Assembly: GCF_006345805.1 (NCBI RefSeq) | Contig: NC_043010.1 | Coordinates: 40,734,001-40,798,000, forward strand | Reading direction: 5' to 3' | From: Octopus sinensis | Taxonomy: Eukaryota | DNA length: 64,000 nucleotides | Shown: one piece after another, positions 39,328 through 52,452 of the stretch | Layout: each line of letters opens with the position of its first letter | Numbering within the stretch: position 1 is the first letter of the stretch | The notes under the pieces: model-generated | The model's database searches: none | Seen by the model: only the letters and a program-made list of their open reading frames with translations | Told to the model about the DNA's origin: nothing | Made by a program: the position numbers and the translations under genes

Positions 39328-39984
39328 ATATATATATATATATATATGATTACAGCTGGTATTTGAAATTATTGATATTACCAATTACTATTATTACTAA
39401 AAGGTTGTTGTGGACCTCGTTGGTTTTTTAGTTGTTTCTGCTATTGTTGATAATATTACACAGCTGGCGATAATGCCGCTCTTTATATCGATGTGATTGT
39501 TGTTGCTGTTGTTGTTGCTGTCGTGAGCTGAGCAAGTTGTTTATGCTTATGTACTTTTATTTCATTACTTCTTTGATTTTGCTCTTTTTGTTCGTTTTTG
39601 AAAGTTGTTTTTTTTAATTAGATTTTTTTATAGATTTTGAAAAGCTTATCATTCCAGCCACGACCATCCTGTATTTTCTCGGGACGGTTTCATCTAGGTC
39701 TACATTTATATAATGTTTTTTTTCCTTTCTTTCTAAGAAAAATGTAATTTGAGGTAAATTCTCTTGCCATTTCTAGCAAGTTACACTTCTTTATTTTTGT
39801 TATACTTGCTGACGTTATTTCTTACTTTAGTTTATTTTATTCTTTTCATTTTACTATAAAACTCGCGTTGATAGGTTCAAATAGGAAAGACAAGCAAAAG
39901 GGAAAGATATTTTTCCTCGCTCGTCGATATCGTTAACACCAAGCAATTAATACCAACAACAACAACAACAATTATTTTATTTTT

Positions 39985-41005
39985 CTAAATGCGACACATG
40001 GTCAGCAATTAGTGGTAGAGGTCAAGTTGGTTGCATCGACCCTCAGTACTTCACTGGCCTTTCAGTTTTATCAACCCCGAAAGGATAATTAGCAAAGTTG
40101 AATTCGGTGGAATTCGAACTCAAAACGCAATGAATCGAAAGAAAGTCCGCAGGACATTTTGTCCGGCACGCTAACAATACTGCTAGCCGGCCGCCTTGAT
40201 AATATTAAAATTAATGATAATAATAATAATAATCATTCTTTCTGCACAAGACCAGAAATTTTGGAGGAGGGACCTTGTCGATTTACATCGCCTCCAGGGC
40301 TCAACCGGTACTTAAGAGGATGAAAGGGAAAATCGACCTCGGTGGAATTTGAATTCAGAACGTATCGACGGACGAAATGCTGTTAAGCGTTTTGTCCGGC
40401 TTGCTAACGATTCTGCCAGTTGACAGCCTTAGCAATATTACAATTAATAATAATAATAATAATCCTTTCTACTATAAGCACAAAACTAGTCGATTACATC
40501 GACCTTAGTGTTCAACGGGTACTTAATTTATCGACCCCCGAGAGGATGAAAGGCAAAGTCGACCTCGGCGGAATTTGAACTTAAAACGTAGCAGCAGAAG
40601 AAATACAAGGGGCTAAACACAGGGGGCACAAACAAGAACAGACAAACGGATTAAGTCGATTACATCGACCCCAGTGCGTAACTGGTTCTTAATTTATCGA
40701 CCCCGAAAGGATGAAAGGCAAAGTCGACCTCGGCGGAATTTGAACTTAGAACGTAGCAGCAGAAGAAATACCTATTTCTTTACTACCCACAAGGGGCTAA
40801 ACACAGAGGGGACAAACAAGGACAGACAAACGGATTAAGTCGATTACATCGACCCCAGTGGGTAACTGGTACTTAATTTATCGACCCCGAAAGGGATGAA
40901 AGGCAAAGTCGACCTCGGCGGAATTTGAACTTAGAACGTAGCAGCAGAAGAAATACTGCTAAGCATATTGCCCGGCGTGTTATCGATTCTGCCAGTTCGC
41001 CGCTT
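39985..41005 (-). mobile_element. Cluster of five SINE family A units, including a trimer at 40460-41005
   Basis: Five central domains in the same orientation; trimer periods 166 and 184 bp. Confidence 0.9.
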
Positions 41006-41031
41006 TTACAATAATCACCGTAATAATAATA

Positions 41032-41080
<49 letters not shown>

Positions 41081-41162
41081 GATTTCTAAGCGACATGTGC
41101 AGCTTCATCAATAAAAACATTTACTGTAGAATGACGTAACATAGAAATAATTATATAAATGG

Positions 41163-41197
<35 letters not shown>

Positions 41198-41396
41198 TAC
41201 ATTTTTACATAAACACACGCAAAAAAAATCAACGCAACACGTTCGACAATATTTACGTTTTCGGTATTTGTCAGCCGTGCAAATAAAAACACAAACAAAT
41301 ACATTACGATACAAGTTAAATTAGACTTATGAAAGACCAACGTGCAAAATACGCATGTATAAGATATATAATACAAATTAATAATAGTAGTAGTTG

Positions 41397-41438
<42 letters not shown>

Positions 41439-42056
41439 ATAATAATAATAATGGTAATAGTTGCAGAAACAACAACAGCAGCAGCAGTAGTTGCAATATA
41501 TTAAAGGCGGATAAAATACGTTCAGTATTTCATTTCTCGTTTTATAACATTTTATACAGTTTGTTTCACCGATTCCGTCTCTCTCTGACACGTTCTCTCT
41601 CCTCCTCCTCTCACCTTCCTTCTTCTTTCTCCGATTCTCTCTTCTGCTGCTCCTCCTTCTTTCCTACTTTCTTCCCCCCTTCCTTCCGTCTTCTTCTTCT
41701 CTTCTACTCTTCCCGCACCCACCCTTACATACATACACACACCTACATGCATGCATACATACATCAGTATATAATCACTCCATCGCACGCACAAGCTGCA
41801 CATACGCACACTGACAAACGAATACACGCGCTCTTACATACATACATTCATTCATTCATTCATTCACACACATGCAAAATCAGTACACAAAAACACACGC
41901 ACATACACACACACACACTCTTTCTCTCTCTCTCACCCACTCACGTTCTTTGAAAAACGAAGTTTCCATTCTAAACACTGAACATTTTGGAAGTTGGATT
42001 GAACACTCAAGTTGGATATTTTGCAGTTTCCGCAAAAGTTTTCTGTCACCAACACT

Positions 42057-42090
<34 letters not shown>

Positions 42091-42318
42091 TATAGAGATT
42101 TATTAGTCGACAACGTATCCTATCGAAGCACTTCCTTTGGGATTTATTATTAAACTTTCGTGAAATACTGTAAGGCGGGTGTCGTCCACTATTTTCTAAT
42201 TTGGAGAAAACAAAAACACAGGTTCAAATACCCAATACATACAATTTGATAATTACACTGTCATTTTTATTGATAATGAAAAGCAACTACATGTAAGGAA
42301 AAGAAAAGAGAAGCGATT

Positions 42319-42371
<53 letters not shown>

Positions 42372-42411
42372 TTGACACGCGATACACATGTTTGTTTATC
42401 GTTTTGAATAG

Positions 42412-42558
42412 ATTTCTTTGAAAATGGAGAGGTAGATGTTTATTTTAGTAGTTTCAAACATGGTTCTTCCGCACAGAGCTTAATCAAACTTTCGAGCGAG
42501 TCAGTCAAACCACGATGTGAAATATATTCGACATTGGGAAACGAGTCGGAATCTTCAG
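42412..42558 (+). CDS. Candidate internal coding exon of an unidentified host gene (147 nt, phase 1-1)
   Basis: TTTGTTTATCGTTTTGAATAG acceptor, consensus CAG|GTAAGT donor, one open frame (D)FFENGEVDVYFSSFKHGSSAQSLIKLSSESVKPRCEIYSTLGNESESS(G). No family recognised. Confidence 0.4.
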
Positions 42559-42803
42559 GTAAGTGTCTGCACTGTTTAACTTACCTGGATCACGCAAACG
42601 CACTCACATATATACGTATATGCACACGCATATGTGTGTGTGCCTGTATAAATATATTTATATATATATATATATATATATAAACTAAAATGGTTTCTTT
42701 CAACAGTTTTCACATATCCCGTTTTCCAGCTTGCGAGTCAGCTGGCCGTTTACTGCTAAACATTCAAATCGCATGCTTGGCTGTACACACACAAACACAC
42801 ATA

Positions 42804-42835
<32 letters not shown>

Positions 42836-42900
42836 CATACACACACATGTATACGTACATACATACATTCACATATATATATTCATACGTGTATATATAC

Positions 42901-42938
<38 letters not shown>

Positions 42939-43728
42939 TTATATATACATTCACTATATTTATAAATGTATATGTGTGTATATATATGTATATATATAGT
43001 ATATATATATATATACATACATACATACAAGTATATATACATTCATATATATTTATACATGTATACATATATATATATATATACATACATACAAGTATAT
43101 ATGTATATAATATATAATATACATACATACAAGTGTATATACATTCATATATATATATATATACATACATACAAGTATATATACATTCATATATATATAT
43201 ATATATACATACAAGTATATATATATATATACATACAAGTATATATATATATACATACATACAAGTATATATACATTCATATATATATATATACATACAT
43301 ACAAGTATATATACATTCATATATATTAATACATATACACACACACATATATATATATATACATGTTCACATACATGTATACATATATATATATGTATGG
43401 TTGTGTAAATTTGTGTGTGGGTGTATTACTGTCATCTAGATACTTTTTACCACATCTTTCTCCGTCCTTCGTTCGATCTCCCCTCAACTTATCTCTTATT
43501 TCTCATCAATTCCTACTCTGGTCCTTATCACAGGTCATTCCGTTAATCCAACAACTGTAAATATAACTTCGTGGAATTTTATCGATTACTCCAGCTCTTG
43601 TCTGTCCACGTCTCTTTTTTTTCTCTTATTTTATCAACGACACTGCGACTCTCTCTCTCTCTCTCTCTTTCACTCTCCCTATTTCTTACTCTGGTATGTT
43701 GTGTGTGTATATATATTTATATACATAC

Positions 43729-43770
<42 letters not shown>

Positions 43771-44469
43771 GTGTGAGAGACATAAAAAGATATACGCCAT
43801 CATGTTAACGGAAAGTTTTGTTGTTGATTTTTGTATACATTTACCCGTACGTAAGAACTTGGAATATTTTACTGAGTAAAGCCATTATGTTGCACGTACT
43901 TTATTATATATCTATACGCGTGTTGTGTAGGTGGAATAATGAATATATATATATATAATATATATATATATACACACACATATATAGCGCCAGCGTGTGT
44001 GGTGTGAGTAAGAATGGAAAAATTGTGACAGGTGTTACGCAGGCGAGTTATTATAGATGCACTCGTATATATCTATATACGCCTACCCACTCATTTATTT
44101 GTATATATATATTTGTGTGTATTTAAATTTCATGCAATGGTGTGTGTGTATGAGAGAGAGATATGCATGCGCATCTTTAGAAATTAGGGGCCGCAATTAC
44201 ACTACAGCGCATAAGTGTGTGTTCGTGTGTGTGTCGTATTTATGTATATTTATGAGTAGCCATAGATTTAGTTTCACTTTTTATGTGATCAGCTGGGCTT
44301 AATGTATTCGGCGAGTTACTGTTTGTTTTTCAGTTCAAGTCGTAATGCCATCCTGCTTCTGTGCATGCATGCGGTTCTGTATGTGTGCGAGTGTGTGTTG
44401 CAGAAAATTTTGCCTCTGGAGTAAAAACGCGCACACTTGCAGGCAGGCAGAATCATGTGTGTATGAAAA

Positions 44470-44523
44470 TATAGATAGGCAAATAGATAGATAGACAGAT
44501 GAATAGACAGACAGGCAGATAGG

Positions 44524-44592
<69 letters not shown>
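44470..44592. repeat. (GATA)n tetranucleotide repeat
   Basis: Direct reading. Confidence 0.95.
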
Positions 44593-44593
<1 letters not shown>

Positions 44594-45061
44594 TGCACAC
44601 TTGCGCACATACAAACACGTTTACACAGAAAGAGATGTATGCATGATTGTATGTGTGTGTGTATATATAATAAATATGTGTATATATATGTATATATATA
44701 TATATATATACATATATATACACGTTTATGTGTGTGCATGTGTGTAATTTTATGAATACGTACAATACATTTTTTTGTTTCCGCACACACACACACACAA
44801 CACTATAAATACAAGTGTGCATGCATGCATGTGGGTGTGCGCGCGCGTTACTGTAAAAACATTAACCGAGAGGGAAAAAAATCAATAGATGGAGTTAAAA
44901 CATTGATTTTTCTAAAAACGGTGAAAGTGGTTTGAAAGTTTCCTTTAAGTGGACTCGTCACACATGTTTTTGATACGCACACTTTGTGCAGTAAGCATTG
45001 CTGAAACTTCGAAGTGTCCGTCACAAATTTTCGGCATTGTGTGTGTGTATATATATATATA

Positions 45062-45503
45062 GGATCTTTTCGATCTGAACGGCAGTTTTTTCTAGCGGTG
45101 TCATATGAAATTGTCACCCTTAATTATGACCCTAGTATCGATCTATTGCATTTCAATCAGTTTCAGGGTTAGGGTTAGTTAAGGTTGGTTAGTGTTAGGT
45201 GTTGGGGAAGGGTATCTTTTTTTCTTCACAAATGTAAATAAACCCAATCTGTTTCTGAAACGAGGGACATATTCATACGGCACAGAATGTTTTTTACCTC
45301 AATGGACGTCATTGATTGGTTGAAATTGCAGAAATTAAAGAAAAAAGCAACAAATATCTTACAAACCATAGGATTTTCTCAATAAAGCCAAGAGAAAAAG
45401 ATCCAAGATGTTTTATAAACACATTCTACCAGTATACGAAGTTTAAAATTTTTTAGTTACCTAGAAATTATGTTAAAAACTGCCGTTCAAACCGAAAAGA
45501 TCC
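45062..45503. mobile_element. Non-autonomous TIR element (442 bp) in (TA)n, with internal TTAGGG-like tract
   Basis: TIRs GGATCTTTTCGATCTGAACGGCAGTTTTT / revcomp GGATCTTTTCGGTTTGAACGGCAGTTTTT. Confidence 0.88.
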
Positions 45504-45618
45504 TATATATATATATATATTATATATATATACTTTAAGGAATAAATCCAAACTTACAGGGAAAAATTAGATTTAGGATTAAATCCAATTTTATAGTATA
45601 AATATATTATATTACATT

Positions 45619-45804
45619 ATATTAAATAGAGATAAAACCACTATTAGGCAAATCAAACAGAGAAAAACATAAGCCAATAATTAAAATTAATTTAAAAATA
45701 AAATTAAAAATAAAACTTTTATATTTTAAAACTAATTTTATGTATTGGCTTATGTTTTCCACTGTTTGATTTGCCTAATAGTGGTTTTATCTCTAATTTA
45801 ATAT
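45619..45804. repeat. Long inverted repeat, ~61-bp arms, ~63-bp AT spacer
   Basis: Arms 45619-45679 and 45743-45804 differ at about three positions. Confidence 0.9.
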
Positions 45805-46092
45805 TATATATATATATATTATAATTATATATATATATGCAAACAATTCCAAATCGAATAAAAACGAACGATATATTAGCTTGATGCTCGGTGAATGGAG
45901 AGATGCACACGGGCGTACTTTGGGTAAAATAAAATACAGGAGGATCAGTTAATTATGATTTTATTCAACGCATTCCCTTCTTAGATTCACTTATTTATTG
46001 CAGCCGTCCTTCAGTTTTTCTAAGACCTGTAAAAGAGCTTGGGGAGTTGCGCCACGTGATACCCTTAAAACCAGGAACTTTTCAGCACCCCA

Positions 46093-46128
<36 letters not shown>

Positions 46129-46199
46129 AGTCATTAGACGAAATATTATTCATATAGAAAAAAATATATATATATATATATTTACACACACACACTTTG

Positions 46200-46560
46200 C
46201 GCTTGTTTGATTCGTTATTTTGCGACCATGCTGGAGCACCGATTTGACTGGTTTGAATTAACACAATGCCTCAAGTGCTTATTTTTGAATCTGGTACTTA
46301 CTGGCGCTTATTTTAGCGGTTTCTCTTGCCGAATCGTCAGGATACGGATACGTAAACAAACCAGCACCGGTTGTCAATCGATGAGGTGGGAATAAACGCG
46401 AAGACAAAGACCACACGCATAAACACACGCAATCACTGTTTCCACTTACCAAATCATCATTTATTCACAAGGTCTTAGTCACCTCGGGGCCATGGTAGAT
46501 GACGCTTCCCTAAGGTGTCTCGCAGTGGGACCGAACCCGAAATCGTATGGTTACTAAGCG
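46200..46560 (-). mobile_element. SINE family C, diverged
   Basis: Reverse match to family C head and tail. Confidence 0.75.
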
Positions 46561-46685
46561 AGGTACTTCACAACACACACACCTACACACATGAATGTTT
46601 GTTTTTATATATATATATATGGAAGCAATTGAAAATTAGCGGCAAGATTATGCAGTTCTTTTAGTCGGGTATATATTTATTTAGT

Positions 46686-46925
46686 GGAGGCGAGTGGCTT
46701 AGTGGTTAGGGTGTTAGCCTCATGATCGTCAGATTGTGGTTTCGATTCCTGGACCGGATGATGCGTCGTGTTTTTGAGCAAAACACTTCATTTCACGTTA
46801 CTCCAGTCCATTCAGCTGGCAAAAATGAGTAACGCTGCGATGGACTGGCGTCCCGTCCAGCTGGGGAACACATACGCCATTGAAACCGGGCCCATGAGCC
46901 TGGCTAGGATTTAAAAGGGCGCATT
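46686..46925 (+). mobile_element. CORE-type SINE with tail 1
   Basis: TGGCTTAGTGGTTAGGG head; CORE; GCTGCGATGGACTGGCGTCCCGTCCAGCTGGGG tail. Confidence 0.88.
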
Positions 46926-47271
46926 TATTTTTTCTTATATATATATTTATTTACTTTAACACGGAAAATGTTGACAGTAACTTTTGATGTCGATGGATTC
47001 AATATGTAAGTATGTTTGCGTGTGTGTGTGTTTCCTGCAAAGCAGCGGGAATCTGAAGAACTGAAATAACTTGAAATATTCAAAAGCCTGGCTCTCGGTC
47101 AAAAATCTAAAATACATTCTGTCATTACATTTGATGTTCAGAAAAAGAGATCTGTGCGCGCACAGCAGCTCCCACCACACAATCACGCACGCGCGTGTAT
47201 TTTAGCCCGGCGTGATAGCAATTCTACCAGATCATCTTAATGATGATAATAACAATGATAATGGAGGCGCA

Positions 47272-47560
47272 ATGGCCCAGGGGTTAGGGCCGCGGACTCG
47301 CGGTCGGAGGATCGCAGTTTCGATTCCCAGACAGGGCGTTGTGTATGTTTATTGAGTGAAAACACCTAAAACTCAACGAGGCTCCGGCAGGTGGGGGTGG
47401 CGACCCCTGTTGTACTCTTTCGCCCCAACTTTCTCTTACTCTTTCTTCCTGTTTCTTAAGTAACGCTGCGATGGACTGACGTCCCGTCCAGCTGGGGGGA
47501 TCACATACGCCATAGAAACCAGGAAACTGGGCCCATGAGCCTGGGTAAGCTTCAAAATGT
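47272..47560 (+). mobile_element. SINE body B + tail 1, full head
   Basis: GGAGGCGCAATGGCCCAGGGGTTAGGG head, GTTTCGATTCCC B-box, tail as at 46686. Confidence 0.88.
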
Positions 47561-47956
47561 CGCATAAAAAAAACAATGATAATAATAAAAATGTTAATAA
47601 TAATAATAATAATAGTAATAATAGTTGAGTTGTTAAAATTGTTTGCCCAAGGGCTCCGGTTTCTATCCTACTTCGAGAATCGTGGATAAGTTTTTTGTAT
47701 TCCAACACATGTGAGTGAAATCGTGTAGACGGAGACTTAATCTAAACTAACGAACACACCACGTTAAGCGAAAGAAATTCTACATGAAGATTATGCTAAG
47801 GTAACACGTGTTTCTGGAATTCTCAGCCACATATATATTCGATCATTTAACGAGTAATTTGTGTAGTTCAAAGAACAAGTGGATTATTGATTAACGAAAC
47901 CGACGACAGATTTATCTATGTATGTATATATATATGTGCGTATGTATGTATGTATG

Positions 47957-47990
<34 letters not shown>

Positions 47991-48240
47991 TGTATGTATG
48001 TATGTAGTGTGTGTGTGTGTGTGAATGGACGAGTTTTAACTTTGAGGTTTTCGCTTTGATTTACAACTGATGACTAAGAAAGAGACAGCTGACATATTGA
48101 TATTCTATAATATGAAATGCTAATATATTTTTTAATATCAAGTTTATATGTGTGAATGCATGTATCTTCAATTTACATGCATGCATGTGTGTGTGCATGA
48201 TCTTGCATACACACACACACACATCTATATATATATAATA

Positions 48241-48273
<33 letters not shown>

Positions 48274-51200
48274 ATGTGTGTGTGTGTGGTGTGTTTGATT
48301 ATGTATGATATGTATCTTTGTATACGTGTATATATGTGAGTGTATGCATGCATATGTGTGTATATATGTAGTGAGTCGTGAACGTATGTCAATATATATA
48401 TATATTATATATATATATATATATGGTGGAAACAGTGACTGCGTATGTTTGTGTGTGTGTGTATGTGGTCTTTGCCTTGGCATTTATCCTTCACCTCACT
48501 GCTTGACAATCGGTGCTGGAACTTGACTGATGAAAGAAAGCCACGAATGACACATCTTCTTTTGCCTGTCCTTCTAATTGTTGTTTCTCTTGCCCGCCTT
48601 TGCATTGTCTATCTGTCCGAACGTTTTAATGCCCTCTAGTAAGATCCAAGGATCGAGATGTAGGAAGAAACTTAGCTTCTAGCAAACCGTAGTAAATATA
48701 TAAAAAACAACATTCAGGAACAATAGTGTTTTAAAGCGGAAGGTTGTAGATTTATTTCCGTAACATATGTAACCTGGATATTATCCACTCCATTCACCTA
48801 ACTCTTATATATTAGTATGCATTATACATACAGGTGTAAATTTTATTCTTTTCTGTATGCATGTCCAGTTTATGCATATTCATGCACCAACGCATGCATG
48901 AAAATAAAAAAAAGATGGCGTGAGAGTTGGTACGTTTTATCCAACCGTGTAACTCCACAATCGAGGTTACGGACCCGTTAGAAACACTCGCACCCTTTAT
49001 TCAAATCAAACCCGCAAATCATTGTCGCCAGATATCTGCTTCCCTCGTAATAATAATTTTCTTATGTGTGTCGTATCTCTTCCACCAGGAGCACACAAGT
49101 GACAAATACGTTTAAGAGACATTTTACCGACTGTGATTCGCAAAGTAACGTTTGTATTCGTCACGTGGTTCGTGGGAGAGCCTGTGATATTACAATACGC
49201 TTCCTCTTGAAGGAAACTGTAACATGAGTTCATAAGAGCGTGAACAGAGTGTCCATTTCTCGAGAGCTGAAAACAAAGAAAAATTTTTTTCTCTGTTTCC
49301 CAAGGGAGAATTTGTTATCAGAAACTTCGGTGAGACTTCTCTGAATGATATACTGACTTAAGAGAGACTACACTACACGTAAGTACAAACCTATAAATAC
49401 ATCACCCAATTAATCTTATGTATACCGGACATTGTTACAGGATCTTATGGATCTTTTACGAGATCTGAATTAACGAGTGAACCTCTCTGGGTAACGAGGG
49501 ATCTTTTACATAGCCGCCTGGCCCACCAGAAATAAGTTAAAACCTCGCGAAATAAAGGCGTAAAGTTTTATATCGTTTGTTGAATAAAACACGATTATGC
49601 GATAATCTTGGTCCTTCTGGATCGGGGGTGATCTGAGATTATGCAACAATTGTCATGCAAACTGAACCGACGAAGGAAACCCTATGTGGTCATTCAATCT
49701 CCTAGAAATAGCAGGGATAATTTACCTTCCGAAATAGGTAATTTTTGACAATATAATTCTAGATGCACGATACATGAACTAAAATAAAGACGGGTTAGTA
49801 AGACCTTTAATGACAAACACGCTGGATCAGCGCTTATTCGTGGCTGAACAATCAGCGTGTGACATCTCATTTAGTCTTCGTTATTACATGGAAGAAAACA
49901 TTTATTTTCAGGTTATTTGTTTAGTTTTATTTTAATACTGGTGGAACTTCAGCATCATTACATAGATGTTTCAGTCCAATTGACTTACGGCTCGATCGTC
50001 GGTTCGCTACATTTTCCAATTGGAAAGACGATAATGACAAGCGGTGTAATCCCAAGAGAGATGCGACATTTCTCAAAAGTATCTAGTCTGTTGTTGATTT
50101 TCTCTTTGATGTATGCATCCTTCACAAATTAAGATCTGGTAAAGACACACAGATACACTCACGCAGGCTGGTTTCCATCAAATTCTACTAACAAAGTATA
50201 GGCTACATCAGTTGGGTGCAACTTTTTTTCAGAAGGTGATTAACAAAATTCACGAAGAAAATTTCATCAGCCACCGAGAGTATTTTTATTTTTAGTAGCA
50301 TTTATATTTCAAATTTTAGGGTACTGGTGTTTAAACCTCAGTATTCACTTGGCTATTTTATCGACCCGAAAGAATAAAAAAAAATGTCGACCTCGACAGA
50401 ATTTGAACCCAGAACGTAGACTGACGAAATACACTGAGTGTTTTTGTCTCGCTAATCATTTGTAGCTCGCCGCTAATTTGATGCTTTTGTGAATTTACTT
50501 TCGTTTTCAACTTTTGACTGATTCTTGTAACAATAACGAACTCGCTGGTTTATGAAACTGGTCGCGAGACACATATACTTTGATACGGAACATTGTTAGT
50601 ACACTTGGATTACATCGTGCATCACTGAGCCAGAGTAATAGATTCTTTTGTAGGATCGAATCTGGAATTACGTGACTATGAACAAGTTATTGCAATAGCA
50701 TAGCTGTAGTTTCGATGTAAGACATCATTATCTATGCAGCACACTTTGGCCGGGTTGCTAATTTGTATGGTTGCATGCGTGAGAAACATATACACGGCCG
50801 ACCGATTACTAGAAAAAAACATCCAACTATCCCTCAGATCATACTGTTATACCGCGTAAAAATGTAAAGGAGAAATCGTATAATATCTTAGATATACCAT
50901 GACTGCGATAAAAAAACAAACAAGCGGCAAATTGGAGCGGTCGTTAGAGTATCGGATAAAATGCCTTGCCATATTTGTTTTGATTCGCATGGCTCTGAGG
51001 TTAAATTTTGCCTTTTCTCGTTGAAGGGTCCATTACGGGGCAGTGGATTGGCGCCAACTGTGAGACTTGGCCAGGTGCCTTGTAATGTATCTGTTCCGAT
51101 TCTATAAGTCCTGTCTTCACAGTTTCTTTAGGTGTTATACTTAATACGGTGCCGTTTCACAGATCCATGTAACATTTTGGATATCTTAAAATATTCCACT

Positions 51201-51410
51201 TTGTTGCGGTCAAATCTCTGAGTTGAGAATACCTTCATTCCCCACTCCTTCTTACCAATTTGGGAGGCTCTGTAAAGCCACCATGGGAACTGTCTTCCTA
51301 AGTAAAAAAAAAAACGGCTGGTTATTGCTGTCACGCCTGCTGGATCAGGACTGACCTAGGGTTAAACAATACACGCTCAGAACAAGACAATGAAGGATCA
51401 CCGTTTACAT

Positions 51411-51681
51411 CGGTGTTTCTCAACCATTTTTTACCTATGGAATCCTTTTCTTCCTCTTTTACTTAGATGGACCCCGGCGTTCAAAAAGATCATATATTTT
51501 CGAATTAAATATCATTAGGAAGTGTATAAGAAAATTAAAATATTTTGTCTATCGTAGAAATATAACCAAGTTACTTTAGGTAAATTTGACAAAATCTTAT
51601 ATTGACCCCTAATGGCCGTATGGACTCCCAAGGGTCATATGGAGCCCCAAGGGCCATATGGACCCCGGTCAAGAATCAATG
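51411..51681. mobile_element. hAT (Charlie-like) MITE, 271 bp
   Basis: TIRs CGGTGTTTCTCAACC / revcomp CATTGATTCTTGACC; 8-bp TSD GTTTACAT (51403-10) / ATTTACAT (51682-89); three ~18-bp subterminal repeats GGCCATATGGACCCC. Confidence 0.82.
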
Positions 51682-52396
51682 ATTTACATGATCACCAGAT
51701 ATGCTAGAAATAACAGCTAAAAACGTGCTACAAAACCCAACGTCACGACAGTTTGACAAAATCGTAAATTTGAGAACATATTAAGAAATGAAATCCGAAT
51801 TACGAGGTGAAAAAACGGGATGGTCAAGGCTGTACCGTCTTTATTAACTTCTGCTCGTAGAAAAGACTGAATGATATCATCGTCACTTTCACAGATTGAA
51901 TTACAGTGTAAACTTACACCAGTCGCTGGTGAAATAAACTGACAGATCGCTAATTCACCGGCTCATTAAGAGCATGTGTGATTTTCAATAACGATATTCC
52001 TGTTATGTGTGTGTATGGACAGTTATGTGTGTGTGTGAACAGTCATGTGTTGGTAAATGTTAAAGCATGTGTGTGTGAGTATGTGTATAGTGATACTGTG
52101 AACTGAAGGTAAATTGTGTATGTGTCTTAAGGTTTATGTATATTAACGTGGATTGTATATATATGTTTCTGTATATCTGAGCTTGTGTATGCTTGCTTCT
52201 GTTTGGATGCGTCTGTCTGTGGTTTTTTCCATGTCAGGTGCATGTACACGTGGTGATGGTTGTTAATGCGAGCGTGTGTGTAGTGCTGACGTGTGTGTAT
52301 ATATTAAGGTTTCATTGTATTAGCGGTGTAATTAAATGTGTGTTGGAGAGTGTGTACGTAGGTCTGTGTATGACGCGTTTATACTTTCATATATGC

Positions 52397-52452
<56 letters not shown>

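Noticed and set aside
47272-47345. tRNA-like sequences with A/B boxes (several places)
   Set aside because: No complete cloverleaf; each continues into a SINE body.
48912-48923. AAGATGGCG (YY1/start-codon-like motif)
   Set aside because: Followed immediately by a stop; no CpG-rich or promoter context.
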